A stretch of 64,000 nucleotides of DNA from Felis catus (lineage: Eukaryota), in NCBI RefSeq assembly GCF_018350175.1, contig NC_058368.1, positions 108,192,001 through 108,256,000 of the forward strand, read 5' to 3'. How positions within the stretch are numbered: the first letter of the stretch is position 1; the number at the start of each line of letters is the position of its first letter. Positions 13,498 through 25,624 of this stretch are shown here, in pieces. The notes under the pieces were generated by a model. The model had not been told where the DNA came from and did not search any database. It saw only the letters and a program-made list of their open reading frames with translations. Made by a program: the position numbers and the translations under genes.

Positions 13498-16400
13498 ATG
13501 ACTCTAAACCCGTATCTTTCTATAATAACACTGAATGTAAATGGACTAAATGCGTCAACCAAAAGACATAGGGTATCAGAATGGATAAAAAAACCAAGAC
13601 CCATCTATTTGCTGTCTACAAGAGATTCATTTTAGACCTGAGGACACCTTCAGATTGAGAGTGAGGGGATGGAGAACTATCTATCATGCTACTGGAAGCC
13701 AAAAGAAAGCTGGAGTAGCCATACTTATACCAGACAAACTAGACTTTAAATTAAAGGCTGTAACAAGAGATGAAGAAGGGCATTATATAATAATTACAGG
13801 GTTTACCCATCAGGAAGAACTAACAATTATAAATGTCTATGCGCCGAGTACAGGAACCCCCAAATATATAAAACAATCACAAGCATAAGCAACTTTATTG
13901 ATAAGAATGTGGTAATTGCAGGGGACTTTAACACTCCACTTACAGAAATGGATAGATCATCTAGACACACAGTCAATAAAGAAACAAGGGCCCTGAATGA
14001 TATATTGGATCAGATAGACTTGACAGATATATTGAGAACTCTGCATCCCAAAGCAACAGAATATACTTTCTTCTTGAGTGCACATGGAACATTCTCCAAG
14101 ATAGATTACATACTGGGTCACAAAACAGCCCTTTATAAGTATACAAGAATTGAAATCATACCATGCATGCTTTCAGACCACAATGCTATGAAGCTTGAAA
14201 CCAACCATAGGAAAAAGTCTGGAAAACTTCCAAAATCATGCAAGTTAAAGAACACCCTACTAAAGAATGAGTGGGTCAACCAGGCAATTAGAGAAGAAAT
14301 TAAAAAATATATGGAAACAAATGGAAATGAAAATACAACAATCCAAACGGTTTGGGATGCAGCAAAGGCAGTCCTGAGAGGAAAATACATTGCAATCCGG
14401 GCCTATCTCAAGAAACAAGAAAAATCCTCAATACAAAATCTAACAGCACACCTAAAGGAAATAGAAGCAGAACAGCAAAGACAGCCTAAACCCAGCAGAA
14501 GAAAAGAAATAATAAAGATCAGAGCAGAAATAAACAATATAGAATCTAAAAAAAACTGTAGAGTAGATCAATGAAACCAAGAGCTGGATTTTTGAAAAAA
14601 TAAACAAAATTGATAAACCTCTAGCCAGGCTTCTCAAAAAGAAAAGGGAGATGACCCAAACAGATAAAATCATGAATGAAAATGGAATTATTACAACCAA
14701 TCCCTCAGAGATACAAGCAATTATCAGGGAATACTGTGAAAAATTATATGCCAACAAACTGGACAACCTGGAAGAAATGGACAAATTCCTAAACACCCAC
14801 ACACTTCTAAAACTCAATCAGGAGGAAGTAGAAAGCTTGAACAGATCCATAACCAGCAAAGAAATTGAATCGGTTATCAAAAATCTCCCAACAAATAAGA
14901 GTCCAGGACCAGATGGCTTCCCAGGGGAGTTCTACCAGACATTTAAAGCAGAAATAATACCTATCCTTATCAAGCTATTCCAAAAATAGAAAGGGAAGGA
15001 AAACCTCCAGAGTCATTCTATGAAGCCAGTATTACTTTGATTCCTAAACCAGACAGAGACCCAGTAAAAAAAAGAGAACTACAGGCCAATATCCCTGATG
15101 AATATGGACGCAAAAATTCTCAATAAGATACTAGCAAATCGAATTCAACAGCATATACAAAGAATTATTCACCATGATCAAGTGGGATTCATTCCTGGGA
15201 TGCAGGGCTGGTTCAACATTCGCAAATCAATCAACGTGATACATCACATTAATATAAGAAAAGATAAGAACCATATGATCCTGTCAATCGATGCAGAAAA
15301 GGCATTTGACAAAATTCAGCAACCTTCATAAAAACCCTCGAGAAAGTCGGGATAGAAGGAACATACTTAAAGATCATAAAAGCCATTTATGAAAAGCCCA
15401 CAGCTAACAGCATCCTCAATGGGGGAAAACTGAGAGCTTTTTCCCTGAGATCAGGAACACCACAGGGATGTCCACTCTCACCGCTGTTGTTTAACATAGT
15501 GTTGGAAGTTCTAGCATCAGCAGTCAGACAACAAAAGGAAATCAAAGGCCTCAAAATTGGCAAATATGAAGTTAAGCTTTCACTTTTTGTAGATGACATG
15601 ATATTATACGTGGAAAATCCGATAGACTCCACCAAAAGTCTTCTAGAACTGATACATGAATTCACCAAAATTGTAGGATACAAAATCAATGTACAGAAAT
15701 CAGTTGCATTCTTATACACTAATAATGAAGCAACAGAAAGACAAACTGATCCCATTCACAATTGCACCAAGAAGCATAAAATACCTAGGAATAAACCTAA
15801 CCAAAGACGTAAAAGATCTGTATGCTGAAAACTATAGAAAGCTTATGAAGGAAATTGAAGAAGATATAAAGAAATGGAAAAACATTTCATGCTCATGGAT
15901 TGGAAGAATAAATGTCAAAATGTCAATACTACCCAAAGCTATCTACACATTCAGTGCAATCCCAATCAAAATTGCACCAGCATTCTTCTCAAAACTAGAA
16001 CAAGCAATCCTAAAATTCATATGGAACCACAAAAGGCCCCGAATAGCCAAAGTAATTGTGAACAAGACCAAAGCAGGAGGCATCACAATCCCAGACTTTA
16101 GCCTCTACTATAAAGCTGTCATCATCAAGACAGCATGGTATTGGCACAAAAACAGACACATAGACCAATGGAATAGAATAGAAACCCCAGAACTAGACCC
16201 ACAAACATATGGCCAACTCATCTTTGACAAAGCAGGAAAGAACATCCAATGGAAGAAAGACAGCCTCTTTAACAAATGGTGCTGGGAGAACTGGACAGCA
16301 ACATGCAGAAGGTTGAAACTAGACCACTTTCTCACACCATTCACAAAATAAACTCAAAATGGATGAAGGACCTGAATGTGAGACAGGAAACCATCAAAAC

Positions 16401-17302
16401 CCTGGAGGAGAAAGCAGGAAAAGACCTCTCTGACCTCAGCCGTAGCAATCTCTTACTCGACACATCCCCAAAGGCAAGGGAATTAAAAGAAAAAAATGAA
16501 CTACTGGGACCTTATGAAGATAAAAAGCTTCTGCACAGCAAAGGCAACAACCAACAAAACTAAAAGGCAACCAACGGAATGGGAAAAGATATTTTCAAAT
16601 GACATATCGGACAAAGGGCTAGTATCCAAAATCTATAAAGAGCTCACCAAACTCCACACCCGAAAAACAAATAACCCAGTGAAGAAATGGGCAGAAAACA
16701 TGAATAGACACTTCTCTAAAGAAGACATCCGGATGGCCAACAGGCACATGAAAAGATGCTGAACGTCGCTCCTCATCAGGGAAGTACAAATCAAAACCAC
16801 ACTCAGCTATCGCCTCACGCCAGTCAGAGTGACCAAAATGAACAAATCAGGAGACTATAGATGCTGGAGAGGATGTGGAGAAACGGGAACCCTCTTGCAC
16901 TGTTGGTGGGAATGCAAACTGGTGCATCCACTCTGGAAAACACTGTGGAGGCTCCTCAAAAAATTAAAAATAGACCTACCCTATGACCCAGCAATAGCAC
17001 TGCTAGGAATTTACCCAAAGGATACAGGAGTACTGATGCATAGGGGCACTTGTACCCCAATGTTTATAGCAGCACTCTCAACAATAGCCAAATTATGGAA
17101 AGAGCCTAAATGTCCATCAACTGATGAATGGATAAAGAAATTGTGGTTTATATACACATTGGAGTACTACGTGGCAATGAGAAAGAACGAAATATGGCCC
17201 TTTGTAGCCACGTGTGTGGAATTGGAGAATGTGGTGCTAAGTGAAATAAGCCATACAGAGAAAGACAGATACCATATGTTTTCACTCTTAGGTGAATCCT
17301 GA
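13498..17302 (+). pseudogene. L1 ORF2p (endonuclease, reverse transcriptase, Cys-rich C-terminus), disrupted
   Basis: MTLNPYLSIITLNVNGLN start; EN motifs GDFNTPL and SDHN; RT motifs [31 protein letters not shown]-terminal CWRGCGE...HCWWEC. Split across frames by several frameshifts and stops. Confidence 0.95.
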
Positions 17303-17398
17303 GAAACTTAACAGAAACCCATTGGGGAGGGGAAGGAAAAAAAAAAGTTAGAGTGGGAGGGAGCCAAAGCATAAGAGCCTCTTAAAAACTGAGAACAT

Positions 17399-17603
17399 GG
17401 GTGCCTGGGTGGCTCAGTCGGTGAAGCATCCGACTTCAACTCAGGTCACGATCTGATTGTTTAAAATTTAATTTATTGGGGCGCCTGGGTGGCGCAGTCG
17501 GTTAAGTGTCCGACTTCAGTCAGGTACGATCTCGCGGTCCGTGAGTTCGAGCCCCGCATCAGGCTCTGGGCTGATGGCTCGGAGCCTGGAGCCTGCTTCC
17601 GAT

Positions 17604-17663
<60 letters not shown>

Positions 17664-17739
17664 CCTCCCCCATTCATGCTCTGTCTCTCTCTCTCTCAAA
17701 AATAAATAAACATTTAAAAAAAATTAAAAAAACCCAAAC
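17399..17739 (+). mobile_element. Composite Can-SINE inserted in the L1 3'UTR (truncated head, 23-bp linker, complete SINE)
   Basis: Head 17399-17454, linker 17455-17477, full SINE from 17478. One TSD pair, aactgagaaca (17387-17397) / aactgggaaca (17740-17750). Confidence 0.9.
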
Positions 17740-17944
17740 AACTGGGAACAAACTGAGTGTTGATGGGGGGTGGGAGGGAGGAGAGGGTGGGTGATGGGTA
17801 TTAAGGAGGGCACCTTTTGGGATGAGCACTGGGTGTTGTATGGAAACCAATTTGACAATAAATTTCATATATTGGAAAAAAATAAAAATTAAAATAATCT
17901 ACAAAAAAGAAATTGTTTAGCTAAATATGTTTCTCATTTTCCTG

Positions 17945-18136
17945 TTTTTTTTAGAATGTTTATGTTTAAGTGGGGGGCACACGAGCAGGTGAGGTACAGA
18001 GACGGGGGATAGAGAATCCGAAGGAAGCTCTGCACGGACAGCAGAGAGCCCAATGCAGGGCTCAAACTCATAAAGTGCAAGATCATGACCTGAGCCGAAG
18101 TTGGACACTCAACCAACTGAGCCAGCTAGGTGCCCC
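17945..18136 (-). mobile_element. Can-SINE
   Basis: Antisense SINE ending gctaggtgcccc. Confidence 0.9.
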
Positions 18137-19330
18137 TCTGTGTCTTAAATCAAGGCTTTATTGTTGTTTCTTTGGAAGTTTATCTAAGAAACAGTTTTAC
18201 TGTGGGTAGGATGTTCTTTACATTGTTATAGCAATCGTTTTCATACAAGTATAAAGCGAATGTCTGTAGCATTTAAGTGCAGAAAGTGAGGAGGAGAGGA
18301 AGCTGATCGTGGAGAATACTACCACAGTTTTTTATTCATGCCAATCTCTTTAAAAATCAAGAGACCAGCTTTCAATTCAAGGAAGCTCTGCTCAGTTTAT
18401 AAATGGCCAGATAATTCACTGCAAGCTTTACTAAAATTTTGTATCTTGTGAATCTCTGTGTTTGTGAAATACTCTCTGGTCTGTAGACCAGTCTGACCCC
18501 TTACATGTCCAGCATATGCTGAGCTGTGTTTCAAGCCAAGTGTAGATTTTGATGTTGTTGCAACATCATGTTGCACGTTTTAAGCAACTGGCAGTTCAAG
18601 AAATGAAAGTAACTATAGTATATATATTATTAGTGACATTTTTTGTGATAAATTTAGTACTTCTCTCAAGATGGGTATGTATAAATATTTTAAGTCTATA
18701 CACTTCCGAAAAATAATTCTAAAGAGGAAGTTTAAGAAAAGCAAGAAGATGGAAAATGTATTGGCATGACGTTCCAAGGCATGTTTGAACCATTTTTAGA
18801 GTTATGTATTTACTTAACAAATACACATCTGTGGAGTTGCAAATAACCTCTTGGTCTGAAAGTATGTTTCTCCAGATGTATTATCTAGGTGGAAATAACT
18901 TCAGCTGTTTATCCTTTTCAAAAACAAAGCACAGATTAGTGTACTTCAAAAAAAATAATTCTTCAACTAAACATGAAGGAATCTTGTGAATGTCATTTTC
19001 AAAGTACTACCTGAGAGTGGGAAATTGTATATTTTAAAATTCACAAATTAATGAATAGCTGTGCTTTAAATGGGAAGGAATTTTGAATTTGGTAAAATGT
19101 GGCCTAATGAAATATTATGGATTGTAAATTAGGAAGCCGTTTATTATTTTGAAGTATTAAACAGAAAGCACACTTGGTTAAAAGGAGAAAAAACCACAAC
19201 ACCTCCCAATCCAAAATTAATATTTAAAGGTGGTTTCTGAAAAACATAATTTCCAGATAAGGAAACTTACCTGACTTTATATGTAGGTAAGAAAATTAAA
19301 TTAAACAGTAGTTTTAAACATCAGATTTCA

Positions 19331-19724
19331 GGATGGAGCTAGAGTGTATAATGCTAAGTGAAATAAGTCAGATAAAGACAAATACCATATGATTTCACTT
19401 ACATGTGGAATTTAAGAAACCAAACAGATGAACTTGGGGAAGGGAAGAAAAAATAAAAGAAGGTAAAAAGAGAGAGGGCGGAAAACTATAAGAGACTTTA
19501 CTATAAAGAACAAAGTGAGGGTTGCTGGAGGGGAGGTGGCGGGGGGGGTGGGTGGGTGGGGGAATGGCCTAAATGGATGATGGGCAGTAAGGATGGTGCC
19601 TGTTGGGATGAACATTGGGTGTTGTATGTAAGTGATGAACCACTAAGTTCTCCTTCTGAAACCAATATTATACTATATGTCAACTAATTTGAATTTAAAT
19701 AAAAACTTGGAACAAAAAACAATT
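19331..19724 (+). mobile_element. 5'-truncated carnivore L1 3' end
   Basis: ggatggagctagag...atgctaagtgaaataagtcag, G-rich 3'UTR and A tail. Degenerate TSD aacatcagatttca (19317-19330) / aacctcatatttca (19725-19738). Confidence 0.85.
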
Positions 19725-21034
19725 AACCTCATATTTCAATAGATTTGCAGTTTTACCATGTCTGTTTGTGTTGCAACAATGATGAGCGTAAAGAATTTTC
19801 AGTTTTAAACAGAGATGTATGGAACTGGTTAAAAGATACGTCATTTCACAAAGACTTTTTTATCTTTAAAATTTTTTTAAATTTCTAATTGAAGTATAGT
19901 TGACATAGTTTCTGGCTTACAGCATAGAGATTGGACAGTTACATACTTTATGAAATTCTTGTCACAAGTATGGTTGCCATGTGTCATCACACAAAGTTAT
20001 TACTTTATTATTGACTGTATTCCCTCTGCCATGCTTGTTTCCTCTCAGTGACTTATTTTACAGTGACATCTTGTCTTTGATTCAGGGTGGGATTAAACTT
20101 CTTAAATGCAACACTGAAATAATGTTCATGTTATTGTGAATTTAACTCTTTCCTGTTATATTCTTCCTAAGAAGGAAGTAAGTGAAACATAATGTTCTTC
20201 TGAGCCTTTAAACCTTCATATTATTTACCTACTTCAGTGGACAGAATCAATTGTAACACTGCCACTTCTTTGTTTTGGAAGTTTGAGTGAGATGAGGAAT
20301 GTTCATCCTTGCTTGAAAATAAATCTTCCTGTTCTGAATTGTTAACTATGGCAAGAATGTGAATTTTCTTCCTTCTCATCTTTCTCTTTCAATGTAGGCT
20401 TAAATCTTAACATGTCATTTTTCTGTGGTATGTTAGGAGACTTGTTTTCTGGACTTTGTAGAAGCAGAGTACCACATTTGTGACATAAACATAAGATGCA
20501 TTTATCTTTACTGAAGATCTTCATGTGTATGAATATAAAAATTACTATTATTCCTGTTATACGAGTCCTGGTTTTGGAGACAGTGAAAAGGAGGAATGTT
20601 ATTTCACTTAATGTTCAGGGCCTGTGATGGTTTATGATTTATAGTTTGCATAGCTTATAAATTTATGATAACTTTTTCAAAAATTTATAAACATATGATA
20701 CCTGTTTGACTGCTTGGGACAAAGATGTTAACAGATCTTTGAGGAATATTGTTAATGCATCTTTGGTCTTTGATCTTTTCATTTCCAGGATGGCTTTTTT
20801 CTTCATTGTATCTGAGCCAAAGTCAGATGCTTTAATCAAGCTGAGCCACCCCGGCACCCCTAAAACTTCGTATCCCGTCTTCCTGGAAATTTTTCCTAAC
20901 ATTTGTTGCCTTTGCTTCTCACCTTTCACTCACTTCTTAACCCACTCTAATCTGATTTCTGCACATACTACTTTACTGAAACAGATGTAACCAGGGCCAT
21001 GTAACTGCTGCCCTTTCTTCTTCTTCATCGTTGT

Positions 21035-21159
21035 CTTCTTTTTTAAAAATGTTTATTTATTTGAGAGAGAGAGAGAGAGAGCATGCGTGTATATGTACAC
21101 TCAAGAGAGAGCAGGGGAGGGGCAGGGAGAGAGGAAGAGAGAATCCCAAGCAGACTCCT
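21035..21159 (-). mobile_element. 5'-truncated Can-SINE; a separate head-only fragment lies at ~20808-20860
   Basis: Tail and (GA)n linker, then gagaatcccaagcagactcc; possible TSD tgctgccc. Confidence 0.7.
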
Positions 21160-21267
21160 TGCTGCCCATATTCTAATGGCCTCTTTTCTCTCTTTGCTCT
21201 CTCCATGTCAGTTAATTATGTTATCTCCTTCCTCTTTGAAGCAGGATCACCAAAGTAGCTGGTTTTC

Positions 21268-21268
<1 letters not shown>

Positions 21269-21329
<61 letters not shown>
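21269..21329. repeat. (CT)n microsatellite, about 30 units
   Basis: Direct observation. Confidence 0.95.
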
Positions 21330-21334
<5 letters not shown>

Positions 21335-22322
21335 GCACTCAGATATTCTTGGTAGACTTTTCTTTCTCTACCCATCAGTTAAATGCTCCTAACTTGCTTA
21401 CTTAGTAACTCACTTACCTAACTAACTTAATAATGCTTACTTAGAGTTCTCTATTAGATTCTCTTTGCTTTTCATGACACTGCTTTCTTTATTATTTTAT
21501 GCTACTTTAGAATTTCAGATTCATTGCTTCATTTATCATCTCTTGATAATTCAAGGAATTTTCTTTGGTTTCAAAGCTGTATATCCAGTGGTCTACCGGC
21601 CATCTTCACATGATAATTGTACTAGACTGCAGGTGATATAAATCCACTTCAGTGTAGCTTCAGGCTGCAGAGAGAGAGAAACACTGCCTCACAAAAACAG
21701 AGCTCAGGCCCATAGGTCACACTAGTCTTAGGGATGACAGGAAGCAGAAATTCATGTCATCTAAATTTTCTCCTCTGTCTTGTCTGCTTGTCAGCATTAT
21801 TATCTCAGAATGGTCATCTACATGAAGTTTGGAATTTAGTTGGCTAAAGCCTTAAAATCAACATCTTGGCAGTCAAGAAGAAAAGATAGCTTCACTCTTA
21901 GCCCAAGTCCACAAAGAATATTGGCAGACATGTATTCTGATCGACTCAGCTTGGTTGACTACCAGTGGGATATAAACTATTTTTACTGACACTGATTGTG
22001 GTGATGGTGGTGGCAGGGATCTAATGTCTTAATTCACAAAATGAGTAAGAAGAATTGATTGCTGTACCAGTTATTTCTGGGTTGTTTTTGAAATCAGTGT
22101 TCAAGTGAAGAAACATGAAAATGATCAGTATTTCTGCCTGGAATTTGAGACTTTTATATGGCAGTCATAGTGTTGTAGTTAGTGATTAGATAAATTTGTT
22201 AGAATAATTAATACTTTTATAGTTATAAAATAGGGTGCCTAATGAAAGCAAGGGTTTCTGTTTTATTTCACTGCTATATTCTTAATACCTAACGCTCAAA
22301 AAAAGTGTTCAAAAATTTTTGT

Positions 22323-22520
22323 GGTGTGCCTGGGTGCCCCACTTGGTTAAGCGTCCTACTTTTGATTTCAGCTTAGGTCATGATCTTGCAGTTTGTGAGA
22401 TCCAACCCCACTGGGACTCTGCACTGATAGCGTGGGGGCTGCTTGGGATTCTCTCCCTTCCTCTCTTTGCCCCTACCCTGCTCACGTGCTCAAAGTAAAA
22501 AAATAAACATTAAAAATTTT
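22323..22520 (+). mobile_element. Can-SINE ~150 bp upstream of the ATG-exon acceptor
   Basis: gtgcctgggtg...aggtcatgatct...aaataaacattaaaa; TSD-like aaaaattttt(t)gt. Confidence 0.88.
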
Positions 22521-22667
22521 TTGTCAAATATCAGATTATTAAAATCTTGATTTTTTTTTCAATGCTTATGTTGTAGGGAAATATTTTTATCACAGATTGA
22601 GAAAATAAAAGCATCTAACGATCAGTAAAATAACTTGTTTTCTTTTTTTTTTTTTTTTTTTTTTTAG

Positions 22668-22956
22668 ATTACCTGTTAGAGGCCTTGAGTCAAGACAAGA
22701 ATTTTTGTACCTTCCTGGTGGTTCAGAAACAAGTTTCTGTAGAGCCAGAAGCAAAGAAAGAAAGACAGTTTGACTTTCTTCATTGAATTATCTGTATAAG
22801 ATACTTGACTTCCAGGAGCAAAAACACAGAGAAGTAATAAAATTATTTTTTTGGCATCTTTGGACATTCAGCATCTCAAGGAGCGTGCTTTGTGAAGCTT
22901 CCTGAGCTAAGATTCAAGAACTTCATTGGTGCTCATTTATACTGTGGACTATAAGC
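22668..22956 (+). other. CDC42SE2: 5'UTR part of the ATG-containing exon of CDC42SE2
   Basis: T23 tract and AG acceptor ending at 22667, then unique sequence with no ATG up to the start codon at 22957. Confidence 0.85.
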
Positions 22957-23010
22957 ATGAGTGAATTCTGGTTATGTTTCAACTGCTGTATTGCAGAACA
23001 GCCTCAGCCT
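22957..23010 (+). CDS. CDC42SE2: CDC42 small effector 2 (SPEC2), first coding exon (MSEFWLCFNCCIAEQPQP, aa 1-18)
   Basis: ATG at 22957 (aagcATGa, A at -3). Translation matches the remembered N-terminus of CDC42SE2, including the Cys-Cys pair. Ends at a strong donor CCT|gtaagt (23011), phase 0. Confidence 0.97.
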
Positions 23011-24624
23011 GTAAGTATGATGTAATATGTGTACAGATTGGGTGGGGTGCTTATTAAACATACCACTGGTTCTTAAGCTGAGAATCAGGACTGTAGCAGT
23101 AATTGGAGGGCAGATCTCAGGAGTGTCAGAAAGTAGTTTAGGGGAACTCTGAACATCTGGTTAGGAAAAAAAAAAAACACACCTGTTTTTTGGGTAAATA
23201 CTATGTGTCAAGAACTGTGCTAGATCATTGTACATGAGTGAGGATGTTGTCCTCCTCTACCGAGTACATGGCTTCTAGAGGAACAGTGAGAGGTGGAGAC
23301 TCCAATTTGAGGTAAAACAGTAGAGTTGGCCTTGGAAGTTAGCAGGTGGAGGGTGTGGCAGCCAGACTGCGTTTACATCTTTCTTGACCTACCACCTCTT
23401 TTTCCTCACAGTACCTCTGAGGAAGATACCATTATCCTTATTATTCAGTTGAAATAGATTGAGTTTTTCGCTCAAAGTCCTATAGAGAGTAAGTGGTCTT
23501 AGCTGACTTTTTTGGTACATGCCCCACTTTTGTGCCTTCTAACCTGTACACTCATATTGTTACCTCTTCCTAAATCTTGCCCTCCAAAGTCTCATTTTCT
23601 TTTCATCTTTTAAGATGTGTACATCAAATAACCTCTATAAAATCTCCACCAGCTTTTTCCTGACTTAGCCATTACCTCATCTTTATTCCTACTAGCTCCT
23701 TAGTTCATTTTTCTGTTATGACATGGAGCTTCTGCATGGTAAATAACCCTTGTGCAGTCTCGCTACCACACTTTTAATTCTTTAGGGACCCTGACTATAT
23801 TTACTTTGTATTTTCAGGATCAGATCTATTACCTTGGAGAATGTAGCTATAGATGCCAGCTGGTTAGCCAGGTGGGGTGGCTGGCTGGCTGAATAAGTGA
23901 GTTTGTATTGTTTGGTTTACACTTATAAGACCATAAAAGGAACAATGAGGTGTAATCTTAAAGTCTTCTCAGATATTTTCTGAGCCTTTTCCAGGGCATG
24001 TGCAATCACTTTTAAATTTTTTCTTGGGTATACATGCAGTGATTTTTGAATGTCTTAGTCTTTTATGTCTGGTTCCACAAGGGGGTAAAAATGAAGGGAT
24101 TTGGGGGGAGAGGAGAAAGGATGCCAGCTTTTAAATCCCCTACAAGTGGCTGAACCAGAAGGGGAGGTACAAGGGCTGCTCACCTCTTTGCTCTTTTGTG
24201 ATGAGAAGCACAGGTAATTAGAGGACAGATTGATTTTTGCCCACCCTGGCTCTGCAAGGTGTGGTAAGCTGCTCTGCACAGCTAGGAGTGGGGGGATGGG
24301 TAGCTGCTACTCTAGTAAGAACTGAGATTGAGGGGAAATTAACTGTAGTTTATCTTCCAAGTCTTCCCTGGAGGTTGCAAGCCTTGAACAGACTCCAGAG
24401 TTCTAAAATAGTTCTGTCAAGACGGATTTTGCCAATGCATTTGTTGTGTTTGGATGCAGATTCCTTGTGCCATTTACTCTGCCATTTCCCCTTTTACAAC
24501 TTTTATAATTTTGTTTTTTACATTTGACTCTTTGATCCATGAAGTATGGAAGATTCTTTTGTGTGGTGTGAGGTAGGGGTCTGTTCTTTCATGCTAATCA
24601 GCTGTCTAAAGACAGTTTGTTTAT

Positions 24625-24832
24625 TTAAAAAATTTTTCTAATGTATATTTATTTTTGAGATAGAGACCAGAGTGCAAGCAGGGGAGGGGCAGAGAGAGAG
24701 GGAGATGCAGAATCTGAAGCAGGCTCTAGGCTCTGAGCTGTCAGCACAGAGTCCGATGAGGGGCTCGAATTCACAAACCGCGAGATCATGACCTGAAGTC
24801 AGATGCTTAACCGACTGAGACACCCAGTAGCA
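24625..24832 (-). mobile_element. Can-SINE
   Basis: Antisense SINE; TSD-like gacagttt. Confidence 0.9.
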
Positions 24833-25164
24833 TCTACAGACAGTTTATTAAATAATCTTTGTATTAGTGATTTGGAATGTCACTTTTACTATATACTATG
24901 TTTTTTCATATATTTCAGGGTCCATTCCTGAAGTCTCTTTTTTCTTTTGGTTTTATTCATAATGGTTACATCTGTGTCACTCCCATACTGCTTTAATTGC
25001 TGTAGTTACTAAGTAAATTTTTGCTGTATCATAGAGGATATCTATTCCATAGATACTGTTTTTCAACTATGTTGGTAATATTTTGTTAGGTAGCTGGTTT
25101 TTATATGGTTCCTTATTAGGTTTTTCTTTATATAAAATATTTCATAACCCATATTTTTTAATTA

Positions 25165-25450
25165 AAATTTTTTTTCAAATGTTTATTATTTTTGAGAGAG
25201 AGTGTGTGTGTGTGTGGGTGGCAGAGAATGAGAGGGAGACACAGAATCTGAAACAGTCTCCAGGCTCTGAGCTGTCAGCACAGAGCCTGATGTGGGCCTC
25301 GAACTCCCTAACTGTGAGATCATGAACTGAGCTGAAGTTAGAAGCTTAACTGACTGAGCCACCTAGGCACCCCTTTAAAAATTTTTTTTAATGTTTATTT
25401 ATTTTTGAGAAACAGTGGGAGACAGAGCATGGGTGGGGGAGGAGCAGACA

Positions 25451-25500
<50 letters not shown>

Positions 25501-25624
25501 GAAGCAGGCTCCAGGCTCTGAGCTGTCAGCGCATAGCCTAAAGTGGGGCTTGAACTCACAGATTGTGAGATCATGACCTGAGCCGAAGTCATACATTCAA
25601 CTCCCTGAACCACCCACACTCCCC
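25165..25624 (-). mobile_element. Two tandem Can-SINEs (25165-25373 and 25380-25624), the second with a (CA)n expansion
   Basis: Two complete antisense SINE bodies, head to tail. Confidence 0.9.

Larger units (their letters stand above)
11680..17890 (+). mobile_element. Full-length felid LINE-1 (L1_Fc-like), inactivated
   Basis: Starts GGGAGAAGATGGCGG (YY1-type motif). GC/CpG-rich 5'UTR to 12555, ORF1, 50-bp spacer, ORF2, 3'UTR with AATAAA 17857-17862 and A-rich tail. TSD AAAATAATCTACA at 11656-11668 and 17891-17903, with a TTTT/AAAA endonuclease site. Confidence 0.97.

Noticed and set aside
12556..17302. Active L1 or domesticated reverse-transcriptase gene
   Set aside because: Both ORFs carry multiple frameshifts or stops, so the element is not coding-competent.
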